Under the pieces are notes generated by a model. It was not told the DNA's origin. It made no database searches and saw only the letters and a program-made list of their open reading frames with translations. A DNA stretch of 41,037 nt, from the NCBI RefSeq assembly GCF_001194135.2, contig NC_068983.1, positions 19,773,011 through 19,814,047 on the forward strand. Reading direction: 5' to 3'. The stretch comes from Octopus bimaculoides. Taxonomy: Eukaryota. Below, piece after piece: positions 13,930 to 25,339 of the stretch. A program made the translations under genes and the position numbers. Numbering within the stretch: position 1 is the stretch's first letter; each line of letters starts with the position of its first letter.

Positions 13930-14360
13930 AACTCGCGAAACTGAACTCATTGATCGGAATCAGTTCCACTTGAGAATAAACTACGACTCAGAACTACATA
14001 TTAACCTTTCTAAATGAGAGAGAGGGGGGACATTTCCCATTACCTCTACACGGTTCAATAAATACTAGCAATAGCCCACGCCATTCCAGAAGCCTTTGAC
14101 ACACCCGGCATAATGTTCTCTACCTTAGTCTGAAACTAAGAGAAGTGGCTTCAGCAACTGATAGTTTGTAACTGAAGCAAGATCGGCTGTGTAATCCAAT
14201 AAGCTTATTTTCCTTAAATGTCAATCCTCCAAATCACTCGACGACGAATCTCTCAGGGTTCATTTCATGGCCTCCTACAGTCTTCGGTTTTTATAGATCA
14301 TCAGTTCAATACGTCTGACCCGATGACAACTCACTCTTTGTATTCTGCCAATAAGTTCAA
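13930..14360 (+). mobile_element. Highly decayed LINE reverse-transcriptase fragment (CR1/L2/Jockey-type)
   Basis: RT-like motifs in the expected order across frameshifts: DRNQFHLR (cf. D.QYGFR) ~13950; EAFDT then HNVL..SLKL (cf. KAFD..H..LL.KL) ~14090-14135; RRISQGSFHGLLQSSVFIDH (cf. GVPQGSILGPLLFLIFIND) ~14245-14300; LYSAN in place of (L/Y)ADD ~14340. Confidence 0.5.
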
Positions 14361-14725
14361 TAAACGAAGTGGAATTTTCTGTATCCTGCTGGAACAGAGA
14401 TCTTCTCATCGCTGGATTAAAAATTCTGCGTACGACCGGCACGTAACATTTAACTTAACCTTTTCTCGCTAGCACCACCCCGACCATCAGTCACTTCCTT
14501 TATTTGATAACACTTATATTTTTGTAGTCTATATTTTTCATGCTTTTGGCATTTGATCATTTTGCTGGCTTATAACTGTCAAAACTAAGGCTAAAAAAGA
14601 GCACGCCACAACAAAAATACTGTGTCTCTTGCTGAAACAACGAAGAAATATACTGCGGAATCATTGAAACATAAAACACACACACACACAATCATTCACA
14701 TGCATATGAAACTATGAATATATAT

Positions 14726-14741
14726 AGATCGGAAGAGCGTC
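14726..14741 (+). other. Illumina adapter sequence assembled at a contig end
   Basis: AGATCGGAAGAGCGTC is the first 16 nt of the TruSeq read-2 adapter (AGATCGGAAGAGCGTCGTGT...) and ends exactly where the N-gap begins at 14742. Confidence 0.9.
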
Positions 14742-14867
14742 NNNNNNNNNNNNNNNNNNNNNNNNNNNNNNNNNNNNNNNNNNNNNNNNNNTATACAAGC
14801 ACACACACAGAGACGTATATATATATATATGAATCTATAACTGCTTGTATGTTTATCCATATATCTA

Positions 14868-14903
<36 letters not shown>

Positions 14904-17900
14904 CGCGCGTGTGTAAACATATATATATATATATATGAATCTATAAATGTATGTATGTTTATCTATTTATGCGTGTGTATGGGTGTTTATAAAGACAGAG
15001 AGAGAGGGGGAGATCATAAAAATATCAGTTATGATTTCAGCACTCCGTAGGCGTATATATGTTTGTGTGCGCACGTGTGTTTACCCACATACACACACAT
15101 ACATATATGTATATACATATACATATACATATACATGCATATGTGGGCATCCACGTGAGTCTGAGTTCATGCATCTCTCAATCCTTCAGTTGTGCATAAG
15201 CCGGTATATACTTTTCAGCACTGTTTATTTGTCTCCACTTTTCCATTCATTTACTTTCCGTCGTAGAAAGATATATCGTTTCCTGTTTGTTATATTGAAT
15301 GCTGTTAATTGCTTCAGGTTATGTAAAATTAGTGTGAGTTTAAATTTGATTTCTCTCTTTAAAAATACAATATGAGGAATTTCGCTTTGTGTAACCTGAA
15401 TTCCAGAAAGAAAAATTTGTCAAGAAAATTATTATATCTAATTCAAATCGTTTGAAGATTTTTTACCGCATAAATTTTGTTGTTTACGAAACATCCGAAT
15501 TCATAAACGTTTTTCGTTTTATCCAAACCCTGGGAGAATTTTCCAGTATAAGTTCTACACTCACATCAAACTATCATTATAACTTAGAAAGGTTCTTTGT
15601 ACTGTTCTTGACAATAAAGCATTTGTTTTATGGGATTTCTTTTCGTTCTCAACATTTTCCCGGCCAATTTCCCATTTGATTAAGCCGTACAAAGAAAAGA
15701 TAACATGCATGCTTTAACATTTATTTCAGAATGCCACTGTGTTGCGCTCATATTACATACTCTTTAATATCATCGTTCATTCTTTTGCATTCAGTAACAC
15801 AGCCTATCATTAATATACTGACCCTACCTCTACAGAATTGTATCGTATGCTTTATCAAAATAATGTCGTCTAATTCAGAAAGGTTTATCTATATAGATAT
15901 ACATTTCTTAAGTGGAGGCCAGACCTTAAATATGGTGGGGTGGCTACATGATTATTGCGAGAAAAGCAATCAATCATTTCAGTCTATAATTTCGCATGAC
16001 CATTACGTAATGGGCTACAAACAAAATATCGGGTGCACATATCATGGAAGTGAAAGTTCTTTTTATTTTCAGGTGATAGAATTATAATTATTTATATTCT
16101 CATCATGCTTGTGAAAATGATAACAGACTGGCTTAAGCTGCATTAGCATTTCAAAGTATGGAACGAGAACAATGTAATAACCTCGGGAGAGATTTCTTTT
16201 CTTTAGCTTATTGCGTAAAATTAAAAGGGTTTCATTATGGGATACCTTATATTTGTCATCACTACCTACAATTAAACGAAATCAGGAAATGCATTAACGT
16301 TGTATATAACTTCCGCTGTACACATAATTCAGTAAATGCATGCACACGTACATGTTTGAATGGATATATGTGCGTGCTATATGTGTTTTGTGTGTGCTGC
16401 GTATGCTTCTATATATGTGTGTGGGTATGCCTTTGTGTGTGTGTACGAAGTTTTATATAGAACTGGATCAGTCTAATGATTTGCTGAAACTGTGAGCTTA
16501 GATTGATATTTGATATTGCCAGAAACATTAAGATTTTAAGACATTCAGTTAACAATGTCATAGCTTTAAGAGATTTACTTAGCTGTGCACTGATTGCTGT
16601 GGACAGTCCTCGTTGTGGGAAGTGAAACTGTCAAACTGGACATCTCATTTATATTTAATGAATGGCGTTTCCACTCTTTTCTTTTGCACGCTTTAAACTG
16701 ATGTAATCAACATAATCCTCATCCACAAATCCTTTCAATACATCTTCAATAAAATACATTCATGTGAACTAATACTAGCAAAGCATTGCTCAACACATCC
16801 ATGTTATTAAAGTTGCGTGAACAATTTACAGTTCTGAATTATATAGCAATAGTCAACCAATCATCTATGTATGCCGCGACGTAAAATGTGATAAGAATTC
16901 TATTTTATTTATGATATTTTGGGAGTGCTTTCTTTACACTTGTTTAATTCATAGAAGCACAAATTCATAAATCTGTCATGATAAATTACACTGTCAATGA
17001 CTGAATATCAAGGATAGATTAATTAAAAGTGCTATGTTATTTAAACACAGTAATTCATACTGTCCACACTAAGGTATTTTTCAATTCATCTTATAGCAGA
17101 TTTGAAGGAAACTCTTAGCTTTGTTCTATGTTCCATGCCAATATATACACCAACTACTTGGGTAATAAAAATTGTTATTGATATGGAGATTGTCTTTCAT
17201 TTATCAACTGCTGAGGAACTACCCAGCAATTTACATTTAAATAAATACACCTTATTTTCTATGGGCTTTTAGGTCACGTCCATTAGATATAAGGTCTTAG
17301 TACGAATTACCTGTCAGTTGAGTATATACGGTTACTATATGTTATACTTGTATTTTAAAATATTGATTTTAGCTATGTGCATGTACATCTATGTACATTG
17401 TCAATTTTATAGATGGATGGATGAATGGATTGTTGCCTAAGTCTGAGGGCGTGCGTTGTGTTAGTGAGAGAATATGTGGGATTTTATAAGTGCCTAATAT
17501 ATATATTATAAACACGCACTTACACACAGATACACACACACACACACACACACATATAATAGATAGATTGAGTGAGTTACAGATTGTATATATATTGTTG
17601 CGTAATGAAACTCTATACCCCTCCCGGTAAAAAATGGTAGGAGTGGGCCATTTTAAATAGACCAGTAGCCGGTCGTGAAGAGAGGGTTGAGGGTCGAAGA
17701 GTTGAGAATCGACAAGTATAGTCGGTGTCTTGTGGCGCGATCAGCGATAGTTAGACACAAGACGTTAGTGTATTACTATTCCAGTACGAAGAGATACAAC
17801 AGTATCCCATGACTAATAACTATTGTGGCTATTAGCGTGAAACAGCAACTACAGCGAGATAAAGTATAAACAGAGGAAAGAAAAAATTATCAAAAGAGAA

Positions 17901-17952
17901 ATGATAGTGGAATTTGGTATTGTAGTTTGATAGGAATGAAAAGGTGTATACA

Positions 17953-18045
17953 GTCTTGCCCAACGTATCGAGTAGGAATAGTCCAATAAGATCGCATATG
18001 CCTGCTCCATCATATGACCCCATGCTCACATCGAAAGCACCCTCT
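17953..18045 (-). mobile_element. Penelope-like element RT fragment
   Basis: Minus-strand translation EGAFDVSMGSYDGAGICDLIGLFLLDTLGK matches the PLE RT motif FDVTMGSYDGAE(I/V)CELVGL(F/Y)IL. Confidence 0.8.
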
Positions 18046-18099
18046 GCATCGGTAGTGAAAATGAAATGTGAGACAATGAAATGTCGAATTTTATAGATT

Positions 18100-18830
18100 G
18101 GTAAAAATTATTTGTAGGGAGTTTTGCCAATGCTTGCAACGATAAACGTGTTCTTTAAACGTGTTTACAGGAGAATTATCCGAGAACAGAATGAAATATT
18201 GTTCTTCGTTACAGAGCGGGCTAAAAGATTTGCCTTTATCTTAGGGAAGGTATTTATATAGAATATTTCATTCCAATCCAAATTTTTTATTATGTTTCTT
18301 TCAAGTCCAAATTAATATACTAAGACCAGAATTGTTGCGTTTATTGATATGTCTAAATGTAGAGTAATGGTTGGATATACTTTTCGACAACGGAGAAGAA
18401 GAACTACCTATGTAAAAATAAAACACATCAGAACGGGAAGTAATTTTACATTGATATAGTGATTCATGTCTTAGAATAACTGCTAAGGAAACCAATGCAA
18501 TTCGAATTTATATCAGAAATACTAATATATTTGCTATTATTGTTCAAAGAATAATGTTATTATTTTCATTAAGCGGATTTGTATTTAACAACTTAATGTT
18601 ATGCGAAGAGTGTGATTTGATAATGGAATGGAATCTTGAATTTTGGGGGAAAACTTCTATACCTTCACGAAACTGGTACGGGTGGTTGGATTTAATCTGC
18701 TTACCGTATGGAATTATCAACCAAATAGTTTTACTAGGACATACCTTCATATTAGGGTAAGTCCTAGATATACTTTTATAATATAAAAAGGGGCTTAAAG
18801 AACGGTTATCTCCCTTACGCTGCAAAATTA
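18100..18830 (-). mobile_element. Penelope-like element: RT-EN linker, GIY-YIG endonuclease and C-terminus (pseudogenised)
   Basis: Linker: KTIWLIIPYGKQIKSN (cf. IIWFNPPYS.NVKTN), VFPQNSRFHSI, SHNIKLLN. EN: SLYQCKITS...YIGSSS...NHYSTFRHINKRNNSGLSILIW. C-terminus: FGLE*NILYKYLP*DKGKSFSPLCNEEQYFILF...VYRCKH (cf. W.IL.RA.PY...C.LC..EK..IL...CRH). Weak similarity may extend to ~19010. Confidence 0.85.
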
Positions 18831-19027
18831 CACTTTTTTATTTAGTGTTGTTATTCGAACTAAAAATGATAGTGTTATCACCGTTATGACGTGTTTTCAC
18901 GTTCTGATAAATAGAGGTAGAATTGTATAAGTCTACCTTACTTAAAGCAGGCTATAAAGTAAAAAATTACCTATATTAACCCTAATGCCATGAAGGTGCC
19001 TGAATTTAAGTATATAATTCAACTGAA

Positions 19028-19059
<32 letters not shown>

Positions 19060-19839
19060 AAGACAGATATATATATATAGATGGATAGATAAATATATAT
19101 AAGTATATATATATATATANNNNNNNNNNNNNNNNNNNNNNNNNNNNNNNNNNNNNNNNNNNNNNNNNNNNNNNNNNNNNNNNNNNNNNNNNNNNNNNNN
19201 NNNNNNNNNNNNNNNNNNNNNNNNNNNNNNNNNNNNNNNNNNNNNNNNNNNNNNNNNNNNNNNNNNNNNNNNNNNNNNNNNNNNNNNNNNNNNNNNNNNN
19301 NNNNNNNNNNNNNNNNNNNNNNNNNNNNNNNNNNNNNNNNNNNNNNNNNNNNNNNNNNNNNNNNNNNNNNNNNNNNNNNNNNNNNNNNNNNNNNNNNNNN
19401 NNNNNNNNNNNNNNNNNNNNNNNNNNNNNNNNNNNNNNNNNNNNNNNNNNNNNNNNNNNNNNNNNNNNNNNNNNNNNNNNNNNNNNNNNNNNNNNNNNNN
19501 NNNNNNNNNNNNNNNNNNNNNNNNNNNNNNNNNNNNNNNNNNNNNNNNNNNNNNNNNNNNNNNNNNNNNNNNNNNNNNNNNNNNNNNNNNNNNNNNNNNN
19601 NNNNNNNNNNNNNNNNNNNNNNNNNNNNNNNNNNNNNNNNNNNNNNNNNNNNNNNNNNNNNNNNNNNNNNNNNNNNNNNNNNNNNNNNNNNNNNNNNNNN
19701 NNNNNNNNNNNNNNNNNNGTGTAAAGTTCAGAATCAAACAGTCCAGAAAGAGTAGATCCAGAAGGAAAGAACGTAGAATCCAAAAGTTCGTGTGTGATGA
19801 GAGGAGACAGGATTAGCTGGTGCGACCACGTGAGCGTGT

Positions 19840-20015
19840 ATTATATGTGGGAGAATGTACGAAAAAACAACATACGAGGACAGGTGGTGTAAATAACAAA
19901 AGGATGTATTAGTATGACGCTCGGGAATACGGAAAGTCTTTGACGTTTCGAGCTACGCTCTTCAACAGAAAGAATACGGAGACAAGGAGAAAAACACGGA
20001 GAAAAAAAAATTGAA
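19840..20015 (-). mobile_element. Probable Penelope pseudo-LTR-type segment carrying a hammerhead motif
   Basis: Pyrimidine-rich minus-strand segment around the HHR motif. It is on the same strand as, and ~1 kb upstream of, the PLE ORF remnant, with a gap between them. Resembles an octopus repeat recalled from memory. Confidence 0.5.
19937..19973 (-). ncRNA. Minimal type I hammerhead ribozyme motif (A6U core variant)
   Basis: Minus strand TCTTT-CTGTTGAA-GAGC-GTA-GCTC-GAAAC-GTC-AAAGA. Stem I TCTTT/AAAGA, stem II GAGC/GCTC, palindromic mini stem III (ACGT), GUC cleavage triplet. Confidence 0.7.
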
Positions 20016-20022
20016 TAGTGTT

Positions 20023-20158
20023 CACAGAGATGCCTATAATACGACATCTAACCCGCTAGAAGGAGCAGCAAAAAACTCTATACCACAAAAATAGGGAAAT
20101 ATAGAGTTTTTTTGCAGCTCTTTCTAGCGGGTTAGATGTCCTATTATAGGCTTCTGTG
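20023..20158. repeat. Long near-perfect inverted repeat (fold-back, MITE-like)
   Basis: Arms 20023-20082 and 20100-20158 (~60 bp, including a 19-bp perfect core GACATCTAACCCGCTAGAA) with a 17-nt loop. Confidence 0.85.
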
Positions 20159-21636
20159 TATTTTAAATGAATAATATATAAACTATTGACTAATTTTTTA
20201 TTCTCGCTGGACCACTAGTGGTATATAAAATTTCTATATTTTTTTTGCTGCCCTATGATTCATAAATAATGATAATATATATGTATATATATATACATAT
20301 ATATGCATGCACATATTATTTACATGTTTTTAATATACTAAACATTTTGTCGTTATATTAGAATTTCCTGCTTAAACTATATAACTACTATTTCTCTGTC
20401 ATTTATGACTTTAGACACAACTCATTGTTTTCATTTATATCGTATTATATATTCTATACGTTTTGGAGAACGATATGTTAAGGAGATTTATGTATATATA
20501 TATATATACATATATANNNNNNNNNNNNNNNNNNNNNNNNNNNNNNNNNNNNNNNNNNNNNNNNNNNNNNNNNNNNNNNNNNNNNNNNNNNNNNNNNNNN
20601 NNNNNNNNNNNNNNNNNNNNNNNNNNNNNNNNNNNNNNNNNNNNNNNNNNNNNNNNNNNNNNNNNNNNNNNNNNNNNNNNNNNNNNNNNNNNNNNNNNNN
20701 NNNNNNNNNNNNNNNNNNNNNNNNNNNNNNNNNNNNNNNNNNNNNNNNNNNNNNNNNNNNNNNNNNNNNATATATATATATATATACATATATACACATA
20801 TATATGTATAGATATACATACATACATACATACAAACATACAAACATACATACTGTATATATTGAAGAGGAGATAATACGAGTTGGCATGATATCCTTGC
20901 AAGACATGATTGAACAATGGATACAGTTTACTGGCAATGTGTTTCCATTACACAAGACAAACATGCTACCATCATAATGGAATCGGCGCCGAAAGTAAGA
21001 ACCAGACAGAGTAGAAGACCATGGAAAAGTTAGTGTTGTACGATCCACGACGACATGATAGCTTTGCATGTCTGCTCGATTGGATCTATTTATACATATC
21101 TAAGGTTGTATGGGTTTGAAAGTACGTTTATCATAACGAACGTCCCAAATAATACTCTTTATAATATTAGTTGTTAGTGAGAGTATTTCCGTGATTTGTG
21201 CAATGAGTTAGAATTAAATTAGTGAAAGTTTCATTTTATAGACAAAAAATTGAAAACGCCATCTATGATGGAGAAACAACAACGTACATTTTCTAACCTG
21301 CTGCACGCAAGTTTCACAAATAGATTATAGATTAACCAATTGTTCCTCATCAGTTTATAAATGGGACATATAATTTCATTAATGAATAATTTACAATTCA
21401 GGAAATAAATTTAGAATAAACCTAAAGTTAAATGAATAATTCAATAGCATGATAACTAAAATTTACAGGGAATCTGAATCAATTTAATGATAAATGTCAT
21501 CCGGTCCCATCCCAATAGTATTGTTTACTGTTAGTATTTTGATGAAACAAATTCATCATATTGATTCTACTCAGTTTAAGCGGTCTTAATGATTGACCTG
21601 ACATCTGTGTCATTATGATGTTCTTCAGTTTCAAAC

Positions 21637-21804
21637 GGTCGCGGTTGTGAGGTGATAAGTTTGCTTCCCAACCACGTGGGAAGTCTCACAGTCTCACAGT
21701 CTCGCAGCCTAGAACCTATGGCAAGTGTTTGCTACTATACTCCAGGCTCAAGCAAAGCGGTGTATGTATTTCTAAAAGAGAAACCTAAATAATCCCGCCG
21801 TATA
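21637..21804 (+). mobile_element. Degenerate SINE 5' portion (same family as 31553-31872)
   Basis: ...TTTGCTTCCCAACCACGTGG...GGCAAGTGTTTGCTACTATACTCCAGGCTCAAGCAAAGC...GAAACCTAAATAATCCCGCCGTATA. The 3' half aligns to the start of the 31553 copy (CTCAGGCCGACGAAAGCC...GAAACTGAAAGAAGACTGTCGTATA). Confidence 0.65.
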
Positions 21805-24282
21805 ACTCGCCAGTGTGAGAGAATGTATGGAGGAAAAGGAAATTTTACAAGAGAAACAATTCAGTAAACTGATGGATAAAGTGACGGGAGGAGGGGTCGG
21901 ATGTGTGTAAAGGGAGATAACTTTTGTACGGTACTGTAAGTTTTTAAAGAACATTAAAAACACATTTGTAGACCAGTATTAAGTGAGTGTTAGTGGGAGA
22001 AATCATGCTGAGATTGATTTCAATGCTTGGATGTCTATTTATATATGAAGTACAAACATTCTGTCTCTGTGTAGCATATATAATTTGGACTTGTATGGGG
22101 CTGAATAATTTTATGATTCTAAAGAAGAACGAAATACTTTGTTATGCAATCTTTGCAATTTTGAGGATTATGAGATAAGCAGTGTTCCTGAAACCAATTG
22201 TAGGAAGTTTGAAATTATTTGTTTAATAACATCTTCTGCCATTACGCAATAGAAAACAATTATGAAACATAAATGGCCACAAAGGTCTTATATATATATA
22301 TTATAAATCTATTAAAAATTTGGCGATGATTTTATGCATTTTGCCAAAGTTTTATTTTTTTTCTCAGTTATTCTTTGCATCTATCTTTTTTATGTCTATT
22401 TACGTTGATGTTGTTGTTGTCATTGTTGTTGTTTTCTTATTGTTGTTGATGTTTTTGCATAGCTACTGCTGCTACTCCTGTTGCTGCTCTTACACTTGAT
22501 GATGACGTGGTTTTAGTTATTGACCCTATGCTATTACTGCTATTGGTGTTGATGGTGTGCATTTGTTTTATTCCCGTCAATTTTTAGCAGTAAGGAATGT
22601 CGATCCAAATTACTCACGTTCAACGCGATTGCTGGCTTGCATCGCCCAGTCTTTAGTAATTTTCAGGCATAGTGTAGCTAAGACTACACTATCATATATG
22701 ACTCTTATTCAAGAAACTGGAACGGCGTTTGAAAGAAATCTAGCTGCTATTTGCTGTTCGTTATTGTGGCTACTAGTAGTGAGGGAGATGGTGAGGTAAT
22801 AATCTATGGAATTAATATTGGTGTTGATAATTTTTTCATCATAGTCTTGTTATATTTCGCCTTGCTGTAATTTATTTCTATTATAGTTATGTCAAACAAT
22901 GTAAGAGTTACTGATAGTATCAACAGAGTTATTTGACATTGACCAAAAACATCTTTTATTCTCTCGGCAAAATTGTCAGCTCGCATTGTCGTGCTGGTGT
23001 TCTTCTGATGTTTTATAATTAATACATTTATTATTATTTTTTTTTTTTTGCGTAACCTTAAGTGCCTCAGTGCCTTTCAATTGTTTATGTAGTCACTGTT
23101 GGGTTTTAAAAATAATTTCGTTTTAGCTGCTATGCGGTATACAAGATTGTTGCCATAATGTTGCTGCAGGGCTTATCTTGTTTCCACTTCCGCCTTTGTT
23201 AACGGAAACCAAGAGTATCATTCAGCTACTTCGATAGGGAAGAAAAAGGAAATTGATTACACAATTGTGAATGAAAAACTTAAGAAAAACTTTAAAACTC
23301 AGCATTTATTTGGGTGTATACAAAATAATCACCGCCTCCATATTCTAAACTTTGGAATTTGAAAATTTCAACAACGAAACATAAACACTTAGAAATTAAT
23401 TAAGAACTCTGCGAAAGGATTAAGCTGTTACATCCTAAGGGAATGGCAAACATTCAACATAAGTGACAAGAAAAATTGTATAAACATTCGCCCTACCCCA
23501 GCTATGGCTTTGTTTTCCATTCTTATGATTTCAAATTTAAAACCTTTCAAATTTAAAACCTTTGGAAGCACATTCCCCATTGAAATCCATCATTTCGTTT
23601 TTAGAAAGAGGAAGTTTGTTGAAAAAGAAAAATATATTAACTCAAGGATTGCTTTACATGAAATAAGCAGTGCCACTACATTACTACTCAGACTTCTGGT
23701 AGTAGTAATCTAATTTCCCTCAATCTCACTCTACACTCTCAAAAGTAATATGCACAAGATAATCTGATTTGTATTTCAGAAAGCCTGAAACGACGACCTG
23801 ATAATGAGTGTTCAACTGTATTTTAACATAAGACATTTTCATGAGAGATGAACTGGGGTTAGAAAGTTATATGAAAATATAAGTTGCTTATGTTAATAAA
23901 ATCATTGATATTTAAATTTGTGAAGTAATTCAATTCTTTTTTCAATACCTAAGGAGAGACAGTGACAGATTGCTTTGCTTATAATGATAATGTCATTGAG
24001 AGAGAAGCATATCACATAATCTCATCCACTCCAACAGAAACACATATATTTTCTTTTATCTGTAGAATTTCTTGCTGACAAGCAATTAGTAGGGATGTCA
24101 GTGGATAGGTAGAATTGTGAAACTAAGTCAAAATATATCATATTATCTGGGGATATACCTTCTTTATACTCTTGCCGAGATCAACTTCGCCTTACTCCTG
24201 ATGTCTGAAACAATGAAATGCATAAAAAAAAACTGCAGGTAATTTGATTGAATACTATTAGTCCACTTCTTTCTGGAGATAT

Positions 24283-25311
24283 GATTATTTTTTTTATTAT
24301 TATTTTCATAAAAACACAAAAATAGACCGTTGGAAAAGAAAATACTTTAACATCAGGCTACAACAAGTAACCTTAGATACCAAGAACCCTCCTAAATATA
24401 CTAGCTTCCTCTATCAACACTGTTTCTGTGGAGATATACTAAACTGGGTTTTATGCACATTTCCTCTATCCGTCTGTTCAAACCTTTATGTATAGTTCCA
24501 ATGCATCTATAGATACTGGGATACATTTTACACGTACTTTTTATAGTCTCTATAATTCAATAGCTGTTTCCTGGTACTTTGCTATTTTTTCTATACCACT
24601 CATATTAATTTTTTTCATCTTTTAGGACTGTAAAGTCAATCAACTGGCATTTTCTATTTTCTTTATGTACTACTACTAAATCAGGCCTTCTAGCTTCTAT
24701 TACTCTGTCAGTCTGAATGCTAAAGTCACACAACATCTTATATTTCCAAGTTCATTTAGAAATACATTTATCAGTATGTTCAAATCCTAGATTTCTACAA
24801 CCAGTGAATAACTACCAGTGGATTACACTCCTTAGGTTGTCATGACTTTCTTATATTCTTTCTGTGACAGCATGCTACATTCACTTTCTCTATGTGTAAC
24901 ACTTTGCTCTTCTGATTTGCATGGCCTACATTGAGAATCTTCTTGGTTTCTATCTATCTTGGCTTTTATCCAATTAGTCCTTAATGCTTCATCTTGTGCT
25001 GCTGTAAACAAACTTTCTGTCTCCCTCTTCAGCTTTCCTTTCTGCAACCATAACCATGTCTCACTACTACTATTTGCTGAGATCTACCACGCAACGCCTT
25101 CTCCTTCCAGTCAGATAATTTCTGTTCTTTTTTCTGATTTTCAACTTCGTTGGAGACCGTTACCTGCAGCACAGAACTTCGTTTGAATTTTTGGTTTCCC
25201 CAAATTCTTGCTGTGACTCTAGCAGCTATTAACACATTTTCTATACTATTACATACGTAAGAGCTTATATCTACTCTAGCTAACTTTATGCAGTCTTCCA
25301 CTACTACTGAT
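24283..25311 (-). mobile_element. R4/Dong-clade non-LTR retrotransposon, 5'-truncated 3' end (zinc knuckle plus restriction-like endonuclease)
   Basis: VEDCIKLA..., DWKEKAL.G, QKGKLKRETESLFTAAQDEALRTNWIKAKID...CRPCKSEEQSVTH..SEC..LSQKEYK (CCHC knuckle), KMLCDFSIQTDRVIEARRPDLVVVHKENRKCQLIDF (PD-D/ExK REL domain), EKIAKYQE, IFRRVLGI* (stop ~24373), a short 3' UTR and a (TAA)n-like tail at 24283-24304. Confidence 0.9.
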
Positions 25312-25339
25312 GACGAAAATAATGATAATATTAATGATA

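Noticed and set aside
15731-16087. 118-aa ORF (MPLCCAHITYS...)
   Set aside because: Composition typical of translated AT-rich non-coding DNA; no motif.
23529-23563. Exact 16-bp tandem duplication (TTTCAAATTTAAAACC x2)
   Set aside because: Ordinary slippage-type duplication with no further structure.
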